DNA of 16,129 nucleotides from IMG/VR virus record IMGVR_UViG_2585427784_000001, one strand, 5' to 3'. The notes under the pieces were generated by a model, which was given only the letters and a program-made list of their open reading frames with translations, was not told the DNA's origin and searched no databases. The translations under genes and the position numbers were made by a program. Shown piece after piece: positions 1-8,600 of the stretch. Source of the stretch: a virus (taxonomy: Duplodnaviria > Heunggongvirae > Uroviricota > Caudoviricetes). Numbering within the stretch: position 1 is the first letter of the stretch; each line of letters starts with the position of its first letter.

Positions 1-281
1 AGAGCCGTTTTCACCGTGCCATCCGATTTGATATCACCAAACGGATTCTTGCGGCTTAACAGCAGCGCACGAAGCGCGGTAAGCAACTGGTCGTGCCGCG
101 CCTTCTCCAGGCTGGCACCGGATGCCTCCACCACGCTGCAGAGTTCTTCCTGCAACATATCAAAGTAGTCATCATCCAGATCGGTGGCAGGTGTGCCGGT
201 CTGGGGGTTACCACGAGTAAAACCGTTCTTACCCGCGCCGAACTTATCCTTCTGCGCGGTTTTAGTGTCTATGCGATGCAT
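1..281 (-). CDS. Phage tail fibre protein, N-terminal conserved domain (partial; continues beyond window start)
   Basis: Minus-strand frame opens with ATG at 281..279, preceded by GGAG about 8 nt upstream and a stop two codons upstream. My translation is [74 protein letters not shown]..., which resembles the N-terminal domain of Mu S-type tail fibres as I recall it. The frame runs off the window edge. Confidence 0.5.
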   Translation of the reverse strand, partial: MHRIDTKTAQKDKFGAGKNGFTRGNPQTGTPATDLDDDYFDMLQEELCSVVEASGASLEKARHDQLLTALRALLLSRKNPFGDIKSDGTVKTA

Positions 282-333
282 GGATTACTCCGGATATTTA
301 AAAATTACGTAGGTATGCGACGGGCAGAGTTTG

Positions 334-879
334 TTAAGCACACACTCGACAACGGTGTCGCCCCATACCGTCACTGGCAAGCTTGTGACGCCCGTACTTA
401 CTGGTAATGACGGATTTCAGTTTGCGCAGTACATACGCGCTGGTATGCAGAGTCTCACTGTCTAGGTAGCTGTTATCCGCAACCCCGTAAGCGTTTTTCC
501 TGTACGTGGTGACATCACGCTGAATGCGCAGTACCCCGCTTTCGACATACGCCGTTGCCACGCCATGAGACAGCAGGGTCTGTTGTTCGGTCATCGTGAA
601 CCGTTTCCCCTTCGGCGCAGGCAGCATACCCACCAGCTCACCGGTCTGCGTGGGACGTGCCGGATCGTTGCGAATAAACACCGCTGCGCGGGCGGTACGG
701 CTTGCCGCCAGTTCGTCGGCAGGCGTCTGGGGCTCTTTTTCGTACCCCGCCAGGGTAATGTGCTGCTGGTTAAACTGGTCACCTGCGGTCACCAGTTCTG
801 ACAGCGTGCCGATCTTTGCCGTATACACATGACCATACAGCTGACGCGCATAGCTCCAGCGACCGCTGGTATCGTTCAT
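334..879 (-). CDS. Phage structural (tail/baseplate-like) protein, probably a truncated remnant
   Basis: 181-aa ORF in the track, immediately upstream of and co-oriented with the tail-fibre gene. It is bounded by an in-frame stop only a few codons upstream of its first Met, and 880..1205 has no intact partner gene, so it is probably a fragment. The family assignment is a weak impression. Confidence 0.35.
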   Translation of the reverse strand: MNDTSGRWSYARQLYGHVYTAKIGTLSELVTAGDQFNQQHITLAGYEKEPQTPADELAASRTARAAVFIRNDPARPTQTGELVGMLPAPKGKRFTMTEQQTLLSHGVATAYVESGVLRIQRDVTTYRKNAYGVADNSYLDSETLHTSAYVLRKLKSVITSKYGRHKLASDGMGRHRCRVCA

Positions 880-1205
880 CTCGGTCAGGGTCAGGCACTG
901 ACCGCCCTTTAACAGGTTTCACAAACATGAAGATTCTCAGGAAGGAAGGGTTATTTCGGTGTGATGTTCGATATCGCCGTCAGGCCCGTTAACCGCGGGA
1001 AAATTTCCGAAGAAGACACCACCGAAACGCCGATGTATGTCAATCGCGGTGGTCGCCTGACTATTCTGCAGGAAGACCAGGGACAATTACTGACTCTTGC
1101 CGGTGAACCTGACGGAAAACTCCGCGCAGCAGGTCATTAATATCGTTCTTAATTAACTGATTATTTATCTCATCACTGAATATCTTTATATAGTGAGGAC
1201 TTATT

Positions 1206-2030
1206 ATGTCTCAGAACTTAGACGCAACCGCAATTAATCAAATCCATGCCCTTATTTCTGCTCAGGGTGTTAATGAAATTATCAGTAAGATTGGTGCCGA
1301 TGCTGTGGCATTGCCTGAGAATTTCCGCATTCATGATCTGGAAAAATTTAATTTAAATCGCTTCCGTTTCCGTGGTGCGCTTTCCACTGCCAGCATCGAT
1401 GACTTTACCCGTTATTCTAAAGATCTTGCAGATGAAGGCACCCGCTGCTTTATCGATGCTGATAATATGCGTGCCGTCAGTGTGCTTAACCTGGGTACTA
1501 TTGATGAACCAGGTCACGCAGATAACACCGCCACTCTCAAACTGAAAAAGACAGCACCGTTCTCTGCTCTGTTGTCTGTTAATGGCGAGCGTAACTCCCA
1601 GAAATCACTGGCAGAATGGATTGAAGACTGGGCCGACTACCTTGTGGGCTTTGATGCTAATGGTGACACCATTCAGGCAACAAAAGCGGCTGCGGCGGTC
1701 CGTAAAATCACGATTGAAGCAAACCAGACCGCTGATTTTGAAGATAATGACTTCAGCGGCAAACGCTCCCTGATGGAGTCTGTCGAAGCGAAGACCAAAG
1801 ACATTATGCCAGTGGCATTTGAATTTAAATGCATTCCGTTTGAAGGTCTGAAAGAACGTCCGTTTAAATTACGCCTCAGCATTATCACTGGCGATCGTCC
1901 GGTACTGGTTCTGCGCATTATTCAGCTGGAGGCGGTGCAGGAAGAAATGGCTAACGAATTTCGTGATCTGCTTGTTGAGAAATTCAAGGACAGCAAAGTA
2001 GAAACCTTTATTGGTACTTTCACCGCCTGA
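1206..2030 (+). CDS. yfdQ: YfdQ-like prophage protein (DUF2303-type), 274 aa
   Basis: Intact 274-aa ORF with GAGGA 7 nt upstream of the ATG. Length and N-terminus match my recollection of KplE1/CPS-53 YfdQ. It is followed by the HD-domain gene in the same order as yfdQ-yfdR. Confidence 0.8.
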   Translation: MSQNLDATAINQIHALISAQGVNEIISKIGADAVALPENFRIHDLEKFNLNRFRFRGALSTASIDDFTRYSKDLADEGTRCFIDADNMRAVSVLNLGTIDEPGHADNTATLKLKKTAPFSALLSVNGERNSQKSLAEWIEDWADYLVGFDANGDTIQATKAAAAVRKITIEANQTADFEDNDFSGKRSLMESVEAKTKDIMPVAFEFKCIPFEGLKERPFKLRLSIITGDRPVLVLRIIQLEAVQEEMANEFRDLLVEKFKDSKVETFIGTFTA

Positions 2031-2040
2031 TTTCATTACT

Positions 2041-2066
2041 GCAAATGCCCCTGCGGGGGCATTTAT
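2041..2066 (+). terminator. Weak hairpin (GCCCC-TGCG-GGGGC) followed by ATTT, downstream of the yfdQ-like gene
   Basis: Inverted repeat read directly in the sequence. The T-run is short, so it may be an attenuator or a stability element rather than a full terminator. Confidence 0.3.
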
Positions 2067-2157
2067 GGAAACGTAATTTACTCAATAATCGCCGGATGGT
2101 GAGGGATTCTTTTTACCAGAATTCAGCGCGGTGCAGCGCATATAAGTGGAGAACAAA

Positions 2158-2694
2158 ATGTCATTTATTAAAACTTTTTCCGGGAAGCATTTTTATTATG
2201 ACAGGATAAATAAAGACGACATCGATATTAACGATATCGCGGTTTCCCTTTCAAATATCTGTCGCTTTGCCGGTCATCTTTCGCACTTCTACAGCGTCGC
2301 CCAACATGCGGTTCTTTGCAGCCAGCTGGTGCCGCAGGAATTTGCTTTTGAAGCGTTAATGCATGATGCAACAGAAGCGTATTGCCAGGACATCCCCGCA
2401 CCACTGAAACGACTTCTTCCTGACTATAAACGGATGGAAGAAAAAATAGACGCCGTAATCCGTGAGAAATACGGGTTACCTCCTGTTATGAGCACGCCAG
2501 TGAAATATGCCGATCTCATCATGCTGGCAACCGAACGCCGCGATCTCGGGCTTGATGATGGCTCTTTCTGGCCTGTGCTGGAAGGTATCCCGGCAACAGA
2601 GATGTTCAACGTGATTCCACTGGCTCCAGGCCATGCCTACGGGATGTTTATGGAACGCTTTAACGAATTATCGGAGTTACGCAAATGCGCATGA
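2158..2694 (+). CDS. yfdR: HD-domain phosphohydrolase, YfdR-like 5'-deoxynucleotidase
   Basis: ORF track gives 2146..2694. The ATG at 2158 has GGAG 6 nt upstream and yields 178 aa. His...HD motif present (SVAQHAV ... ALMHDATEAY). Its stop overlaps the next start (ATGCGCATGA). Confidence 0.85.
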   Translation: MSFIKTFSGKHFYYDRINKDDIDINDIAVSLSNICRFAGHLSHFYSVAQHAVLCSQLVPQEFAFEALMHDATEAYCQDIPAPLKRLLPDYKRMEEKIDAVIREKYGLPPVMSTPVKYADLIMLATERRDLGLDDGSFWPVLEGIPATEMFNVIPLAPGHAYGMFMERFNELSELRKCA

Positions 2695-3047
2695 ATGTTT
2701 TCGAAATGGAAGGGTTTCTTCGCGGGAAATGTGTACCGCGAGATCTGAAAGTGAACGAAACAAATGCTGAGTACCTGGTACGTAAATTCGACGCGCTTGA
2801 AGCTAAATGTGCGGCACTGGAAAGCAAAATAATACCAGTGTCAGCTGAACTGCCACCAGCAAATGAAAGTGTTCTGTTATTTGATGCTAACGGAGAAGGC
2901 TGGCTGATTGGCTGGCGTTCTCTCTGGTACACCTGGGGACAAAAAGAAACCGGAGAATGGCAGTGGACATTTCAGGTCGGGGACCTTGAAAACGTCAATA
3001 TCACTCACTGGGCAGTAATGCCGAAAGCACCAGAGACTAAGAAATGA
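2685..3047 (+). CDS. yfdS: YfdS-like prophage protein, 120 aa
   Basis: 120-aa ORF translationally coupled to the upstream gene (10-nt overlap) and to the downstream one (ATGA overlap at 3044..3047). Length matches my recollection of YfdS. Confidence 0.7.
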   Translation: MRMNVFEMEGFLRGKCVPRDLKVNETNAEYLVRKFDALEAKCAALESKIIPVSAELPPANESVLLFDANGEGWLIGWRSLWYTWGQKETGEWQWTFQVGDLENVNITHWAVMPKAPETKK

Positions 3048-3259
3048 GCGTGATAAAAACTCATACAGGAATTGTTATCACCCGAGACGGTGAAAAGCGG
3101 ATGAAATTACATTCCACTGAAACGTCCTGGGTTGCCGGACGTTGTGAATCCTACGACAAAAAGACTGGTTACCGTTGGGGGGCACCTAACATGCGTCGCC
3201 GTCTGCTACTGGACAGCATCAGGCCAATAAAACAGGTAGCAACCAGGGAACAAAATTAA
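3044..3259 (+). CDS. Small prophage early-region protein (71 aa), hypothetical
   Basis: ATGA start/stop overlap with the preceding gene and same-strand operon context. No recognisable motif. Confidence 0.55.
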   Translation: MSVIKTHTGIVITRDGEKRMKLHSTETSWVAGRCESYDKKTGYRWGAPNMRRRLLLDSIRPIKQVATREQN

Positions 3260-3318
3260 TTATCAGGACTGGAATTTGATATTACTGCCCGTGTGCAGCG
3301 GGCTAAGTGGAGAAACAT

Positions 3319-3525
3319 ATGCTGAACCTCGATTGTGTTCCAATCTCAACTTATTGCAAAGAAACTGGCGAAACTCCTGAAGCAATAAACAAACGTGTAC
3401 AGCGCGGTGTTTGGCGTGAAGGTGTTCAGGTTTTAAAGGTTGAAGGCGTTAAGGAGAGGTGGATTGATCTTAGTGAGGTTGCAAAATGGGCCAGACAAAA
3501 CTGCTCAAACTACCGCGCGGCGTAA
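3319..3525 (+). CDS. Excisionase-like (Xis/AlpA-type winged-helix) DNA-binding protein
   Basis: Track ORF 3307..3525 begins at a GTG. The ATG at 3319 has GGAG 6 nt upstream. Small basic protein whose 3' end overlaps the integrase start by 40 nt, as in lambdoid xis-int pairs. The sequence (ETGETPEAINKRVQRG ... KVEGVKERWIDLSEVAKWA) fits the excisionase pattern. Confidence 0.55.
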   Translation: MLNLDCVPISTYCKETGETPEAINKRVQRGVWREGVQVLKVEGVKERWIDLSEVAKWARQNCSNYRAA

Positions 3526-4658
3526 CAATCAGGAAACACCGCCAGGGCGAAACGATCAATATAACTTTCACCTACAAAGGAGTTAAATGTCGTGAGCCTC
3601 TTTCCAATCTGGAAGTAATACCAAAGAACATAAAATACGCCGAGCGCACACTCGGCGAAATTCATAATAAGATCGAAAGGGGAACATTCATTTATGCGGA
3701 ATATTTTCCCCGTTCTGCTCGTTTGAAAATTTTTGGTAATGCTGCTGCAGGCAAAACGGTAAAAATGTACCTGGACGAATACCTTGAAATCTGCGAAACG
3801 AGAAAACTTTCACCCTCTACGATTGGTGGTTATAAAAAATGCCGTAGTGCGTTAGCCTCACTCCACATTTGCCCTGCAAGTGAATTAACACCAGCAATCC
3901 TGAAAGCGTGGATTCAAAGCCAGAAAACGACCTTAAAAACAATTCGCAACCAGTTATCTTTCCTGCGGTCAGCACTTGATGAAGCCGTAACCGATGGGGT
4001 ACTTCAAATTAACCCCGTATCGTTGGTAACTGCTTCGCGCTACCAAAGTGATAAGTCAGAAGCAGAAAGCAGCTACGTGGTTGATCCGCTATCACCAGCA
4101 GAAGTTGATGCATTACTAGCAGCAGCCGGAAACAAACAATGGGAAAATCTGTTCCGGTTCGCTATACATACAGGCCTGCGTAGTTCTGAATTATGTGCCC
4201 TTCGATGGCGTGATATCGACTTTGTTGGAAAAACTGCCCATGTCCAGAGCGCAAGTGTTGTCGGTGTTATCAAAGGGACAAAGACAAAAGCAGGTACTCG
4301 GAAAGTTGAACTGACAGAAGAGGCAATGTTGGCGCTGATAAATCAGAAGCCATTTACATTCATGAAGGATGCTACTGTCTTTGAAGATCCAAAGACCAAT
4401 AAGCCTTGGGCAAGTGCTGATGCAATTAGGAAAAAAGCATGGGTGCCAACATTGCGAAAAGCAAGTATTCGTTACAGAAACCCATATCAAACCAGGCATA
4501 CATTCGCCCCCAGCCATATCAGCCGAGGAGCAAACCTGTTTTGGCTTGCAGCTCAAATGGGGCATAAAGGGCCGGAGATGCTTTTCAGGCACTATGGTTC
4601 GTATCTTAAAGAGTATGATAACTTTACATCGATAAATCATTTGCATAATCATAATTAA
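3486..4658 (+). CDS. Tyrosine site-specific recombinase (phage integrase) with N-terminal arm-binding region
   Basis: 390-aa ORF. Catalytic-domain signatures are visible: box I Arg (HTGLRSSEL), box II (RHTFAPSHISRG ... LAAQMGHKGPEMLFRHYGSYL) with the presumptive Tyr nucleophile. No frameshifts seen. Confidence 0.9.
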   Translation: MGQTKLLKLPRGVTIRKHRQGETINITFTYKGVKCREPLSNLEVIPKNIKYAERTLGEIHNKIERGTFIYAEYFPRSARLKIFGNAAAGKTVKMYLDEYLEICETRKLSPSTIGGYKKCRSALASLHICPASELTPAILKAWIQSQKTTLKTIRNQLSFLRSALDEAVTDGVLQINPVSLVTASRYQSDKSEAESSYVVDPLSPAEVDALLAAAGNKQWENLFRFAIHTGLRSSELCALRWRDIDFVGKTAHVQSASVVGVIKGTKTKAGTRKVELTEEAMLALINQKPFTFMKDATVFEDPKTNKPWASADAIRKKAWVPTLRKASIRYRNPYQTRHTFAPSHISRGANLFWLAAQMGHKGPEMLFRHYGSYLKEYDNFTSINHLHNHN

Positions 4659-4666
4659 TATTTAAT

Positions 4667-4694
4667 AATCCCCGCATTTTTAAAATCGGGGATT
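4667..4694 (+). promoter_or_regulatory. 8-bp stem hairpin (AATCCCCG / CGGGGATT, 12-nt loop) between integrase stop and the next start; its 3' arm contains the GGGGA Shine-Dalgarno
   Basis: Perfect inverted repeat read directly. Not followed by a real T-run, so it looks more like a translational or stability element than an intrinsic terminator. Confidence 0.3.
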
Positions 4695-4699
4695 TAAAG

Positions 4700-5479
4700 T
4701 TGATTACAATTACATTCGACAAACTAATCACCTACATATCTTCAGTTGGTACTTTCATTTCAGCAATTGCTGCATTATATGCAATATGGTTAACGATATT
4801 TCAAAGAAGGCTCTCTTATAAACCCAATTTAGTGATAGACACTTTAAATATCAAGATGAATGTTAACGATTTCAACGGTTTTCATGTTGATATCTTACAA
4901 GCCCCTACGCTTCCACAAACAAAATTTTCAAACATAGGATTGGGGGCGGCAATTTCACTTAGATATCATTGGGATTTTAATTATAAAAAAAACATAAATC
5001 TATACTTAGAGTTGTTTTCGAAAAAATTCAAAAAAGAAGATAAATCTTTTACAACCGACTCCCAGTATGGAATGTTCAAAATAATAAAAGAAAGAAAAGT
5101 ATATATGTACAATACTTTATCGACACCTTACGATATTGATTTTTCGTTACCATATAGTATAGATAAGAAGTCAAAAAACATTTTTGTACCAACCGCGGCA
5201 ATTGATATTCTATTGAATATAGCATATCTTTCACATAGACTTAAATTAGTCGGTTCTTCATCATTCACTGGTCCAAAATTAATTATTGAATATCAAGATA
5301 TAGAGGGTAAAACTAAAAAAGTCACTTGGCAAACAAAATTGGAACGTAGAGTGGCACGTTTCAGTGGTGATAATATGGAGGCAGATTTTGCACTACGGTT
5401 TACACCTGTACCAGAGAAATGGACTACAAAAGGTCTAGAGAAGATACGCAAAAGCGCCGCAAACGCCATGTTCAGATAA
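4700..5479 (+). CDS. Hypothetical membrane-anchored protein (259 aa), AT-rich orphan cargo gene
   Basis: ORF with TTG start and GGGGA 7 nt upstream. One predicted N-terminal TM helix (TYISSVGTFISAIAALYAIWLTIF) followed by a Lys/Asn/Ile-rich soluble part. Visibly far more AT-rich than the flanking integrase and autotransporter. No motif I recognise. Confidence 0.65.
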   Translation: MITITFDKLITYISSVGTFISAIAALYAIWLTIFQRRLSYKPNLVIDTLNIKMNVNDFNGFHVDILQAPTLPQTKFSNIGLGAAISLRYHWDFNYKKNINLYLELFSKKFKKEDKSFTTDSQYGMFKIIKERKVYMYNTLSTPYDIDFSLPYSIDKKSKNIFVPTAAIDILLNIAYLSHRLKLVGSSSFTGPKLIIEYQDIEGKTKKVTWQTKLERRVARFSGDNMEADFALRFTPVPEKWTTKGLEKIRKSAANAMFR

Positions 5480-5506
5480 ATATATAATTAAAACAACAGG
5501 TTAATA

Positions 5507-5537
5507 TTTTTCAGACACGGGTTCAACTCCCGCCAGC
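5507..5537 (+). other. attR-like core: imperfect partial duplicate of the tmRNA (ssrA) 3' end
   Basis: tttcagacacgggttcaactcccgccagc matches my recollection of the ssrA 3' end (TTTCGGACGCGGGTTCAACTCCCGCCAGC) with 2 mismatches. It then diverges into a perfect 14-nt palindrome ccaatcatgattgg (5537..5550). It lies 28 nt after the cargo-gene stop. Confidence 0.6.
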
Positions 5538-5666
5538 CAATCATGATTGGACGGTGTAAGGACAACACCAACAAAAACAGGAAGTTAGAAGTCTCAGCAA
5601 AACACCGACCAGACGGTGAGGAGACATAAAAGGATACGCAAAGGAGCCGCGGCTCCTGGTAACATG

Positions 5667-5694
5667 AAAGCCCACAGATGTGGGCTTTTTCGTT
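5667..5694 (+). terminator. Rho-independent terminator (GCCCACA...TGTGGGC + TTTTT)
   Basis: GC-rich hairpin followed by a T5 run on the plus strand. It abuts the stop codon of the convergent autotransporter gene at 5700, so it may work in both directions, though the minus-strand side lacks a U-run. Confidence 0.6.
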
Positions 5695-5699
5695 GATGG

Positions 5700-8600
5700 T
5701 CAGAACGACCAGTTCATACCAGCTACCGCGTTCCACGGGGATTCCACACCGGCACTATGGCTATACCCCACCCCAAGATGCCCGCTTAACGTACTGCTGA
5801 ATGAGGCTTTAATACCTGCCTGGTATATTCCACGTCTGCCCGACAAATAATTGACGAAATTACCGTCACTATTCACTTTCACCCGGTTATCATCGACAAA
5901 TTCTTTGCGCACAGCCGCCTTCAGCCACGGCTCAACTTCCATACCGTTCCCCAGACGCATGTTGTAACTCAGCGTTGCGCCCAGTTCACGATATATACTG
6001 CGGGTATCGACTGATTTCGATTTCATGCCATTGGATAAATGATATTCGGGGTTATCAGCGGTGAACCCCGTTAACGATGCATACGGCGTCAGGTTCCAGT
6101 TACCATCGGTAAATCGCATCCCGGTTTCAATGTGACCGCCCAGCCCGTTGCTGTGGTAACTGCCATTGGCGGCTCCACCGCTGCTCATTTTACCTGCTAC
6201 GTTACTTTTAAAACGGTTCAGCTTCACGACACCGTCCAGATAGAAACCACTTTCATGTTCCCAACTGGCATAGCCGCCCAGAGAATAACTGCCCACACTG
6301 CCATGTCCTCCGCGATCAAAACCGATATGTGAATGGGAATAGCCCATAAAAGCGCCTAGCGTGGTAATTCCTTCAGGAATATCATTACGGCTGTCGATCC
6401 CCACTGTCATTCCGGTCAGCGTCTGCTCAAACCCGGCACCCGCATCGGTGGTGACATTATTACGGGTGTTATACCTCGCCCCCCAGACATTATTGTTGTG
6501 TGGACTCGCTTTCATTATGTTCAACCGCTCGCGAATACTGTTTAGCTCAGCATCAAATACCAACGGTAATGTTGCTGCCATATTGAGTACGGCTGCCGTA
6601 GAAGGCGTAATGCGTTTCTCCGGAACGGGTGTCGGCGTTGGATCGGGAGTAGGGTCTGGTTTTGGATTTGGGTCTGGCTTTGGATCGGGTTTTGGGTCTG
6701 GCTTTGGATTTGGGATGGGGTCCGGGTTGGGTTTGACATCATTGGTCAGGTTCCAGTTGCTGTTGCCGTCACTTTTCAGGACATACTCATAGGTCCCAAG
6801 ATCAACGAAACCGCCGGTATTGCCCAGCGTAAACGAAGCATCCCCTCCCCCTGTTTTCACCAGCGTCATCGCGTCGTCAGACTGTGGGCTGACGCCGGTA
6901 TCCTGAACAAAGATTTTAAAATTACCAGTGGCGTTGTTGTTGACGACCAGTTGATCGCCCCGGGAGCCTGCAACGTTGGTATGCAGGTAGAAATTACCGC
7001 TACCGGAAAGTTCATTGGTTGTCAGCGTATTGTAGATACCGTTAGTTGTGGCAGGCGCTGCTGTTTGTGCTGACAAATAAACATCACCGTCGTTGAGTAG
7101 CAAACTGTTTACTCTATATTCGCAGTTGCTGGTACCTGCACAGGAATTATTGCTGTTAAGCCAGACACTGCCCCGGCTGGCAGCCGTCAGGTCGGCAAGC
7201 GTGGTATCGACGCCATTTCCCAGAGTCAATGTCGCGCTATCGGTAATCCGGACCGCCCCTTCGAGTTTAACTGGCGTAACATTATCCCGTGGCGTCATTA
7301 ACGACAGGCTTCCTGTCGCGCCACTGACCGATGCATCCGCCAGCGTACCTGCGTAGACGATTGCCGTACCGCCAGCGACCTGGAGATCTTCTGCCCGGGC
7401 CAGAGCCTGAAACTCATCTTTTGACCGCCCAAGGGTATATTGCCCGCCAGAGTTAACCTTTGTGGCGGAGTCCTGACCCAGGTTTTGCATTGCCCCACCC
7501 TTGCCAACCGTGGAGTCGCGAGCTTCGGTACCTGCTAATACCAATAAATTACCGCCATTTTCCAGCAACATATTGGTCGCTAAATTGCCGGAAATGGAAA
7601 AAGTACCGTACTGGTGAGTACCGCTGATTTCAATACCGTTAGCCGTGCTCGTCTGGAGAGCGGCACCGCTGTTCTGGACGATATCTGTCGCTTTGCCATT
7701 ATCGTTGACTGTCAGCGTACCGCCTTCATTGATCTTTGTTTTTATTGCCTCTCCGTTAGCTGAAACTGTTTGTATTCCGCCGTCGTTAATTGTTGTCTCA
7801 TTCGCCACACCCTCGACAATTTGTTCACCGCCGGTGAGCGTCGTGCCTGTCGCAGTGGCTTTTGTTTTGACGATCTCCCGTCCGCCCATATTGACCTGTG
7901 TTTTGTCAGAAGAGGTGTCTGACTCCACGGTTAACACGCCGCCATTTGCCAGCAGGATATTGTTCGCCGCACCCTGCTCGATGCTGAACGCGACGCCATC
8001 CGCGCGTGTTCCTGTGACCCGCGTCGCCCTGGTGGTTGCAACCAAAGCGCCCTGGCTACTCTGCTGTATCCCCGTTGCGCTGCCTTTCTCCCGCACATCG
8101 AGTGTGCCGCCGTCATTAAGCACCGAGTTTTCAGCCAGACCGCCCTCATTAACTACCTGTGAACCCCCATTAATAATGGAACCTTCCGCTGTCCCGTTTG
8201 CCATAATTTGTTGTAGGCCAGAGACGATATCGGTATTGATTGCCTTACCATAATTCTGAACGGTTTGCGTGCCACCATTGATGTGTGTTTTCTCTGTTGA
8301 CCCACCATCAACAATTTGTTCACCACTTTCGATATTTGCTTCAGTGGCTAAACCATATACCGTTTGCTTGCCACCTTTGATATTTGCTTTATCAGAAGTG
8401 GCACTGGCATATATTGTTTGGGTGCCAGCACTATTGAGTACAGTGCCAACATCTTTTCCATAAACATCCATTTTGCCGTTGGCATTAATAATCGTGTCAA
8501 CTGCGCGGGAACCAGTGACGACTGTTAATGAGCCAGCGTTTTCCAGCACTACATTTTTAGCTTCTGAATTCCTGATGTAGAAAGCATCACCATAACTGTT

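Noticed and set aside
93-832. Plus-strand ORFs 93..407, 565..801, 596..832 and minus ORF 591..782
   Set aside because: They overlap the co-oriented minus-strand phage structural ORFs and have no RBS or recognisable content. Treated as shadow ORFs.
964-1140. 58-codon plus-strand ORF (MFDIAVRPVNRGKISEEDTTETPMYVNRGG...)
   Set aside because: Weak RBS and no recognisable motif, in a region that looks degraded. It could be a remnant of a yfdP-like gene, but I cannot support that from the sequence.
4191-4652. 153-aa minus-strand ORF and 88-aa plus ORF (4369..4635) inside the integrase gene
   Set aside because: Embedded in or antisense to a well-supported integrase CDS. Cys/Phe-rich composition typical of off-frame translation.
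5488-5736. 82-aa minus-strand ORF
   Set aside because: It overlaps the att core, the palindromes and the terminator, and runs into the 3' end of the autotransporter gene. Most likely non-coding.
6361-6792. 143-aa plus-strand ORF with Gly-Ser/Gly-Phe repeats, and other plus-strand ORFs inside 5700..10409 (e.g. 7645..8253, 8952..9245)
   Set aside because: They are antisense to the autotransporter gene. The Gly-rich repeat is simply the reverse-complement reading of the Pro-Asp/Pro-Lys linker repeats.
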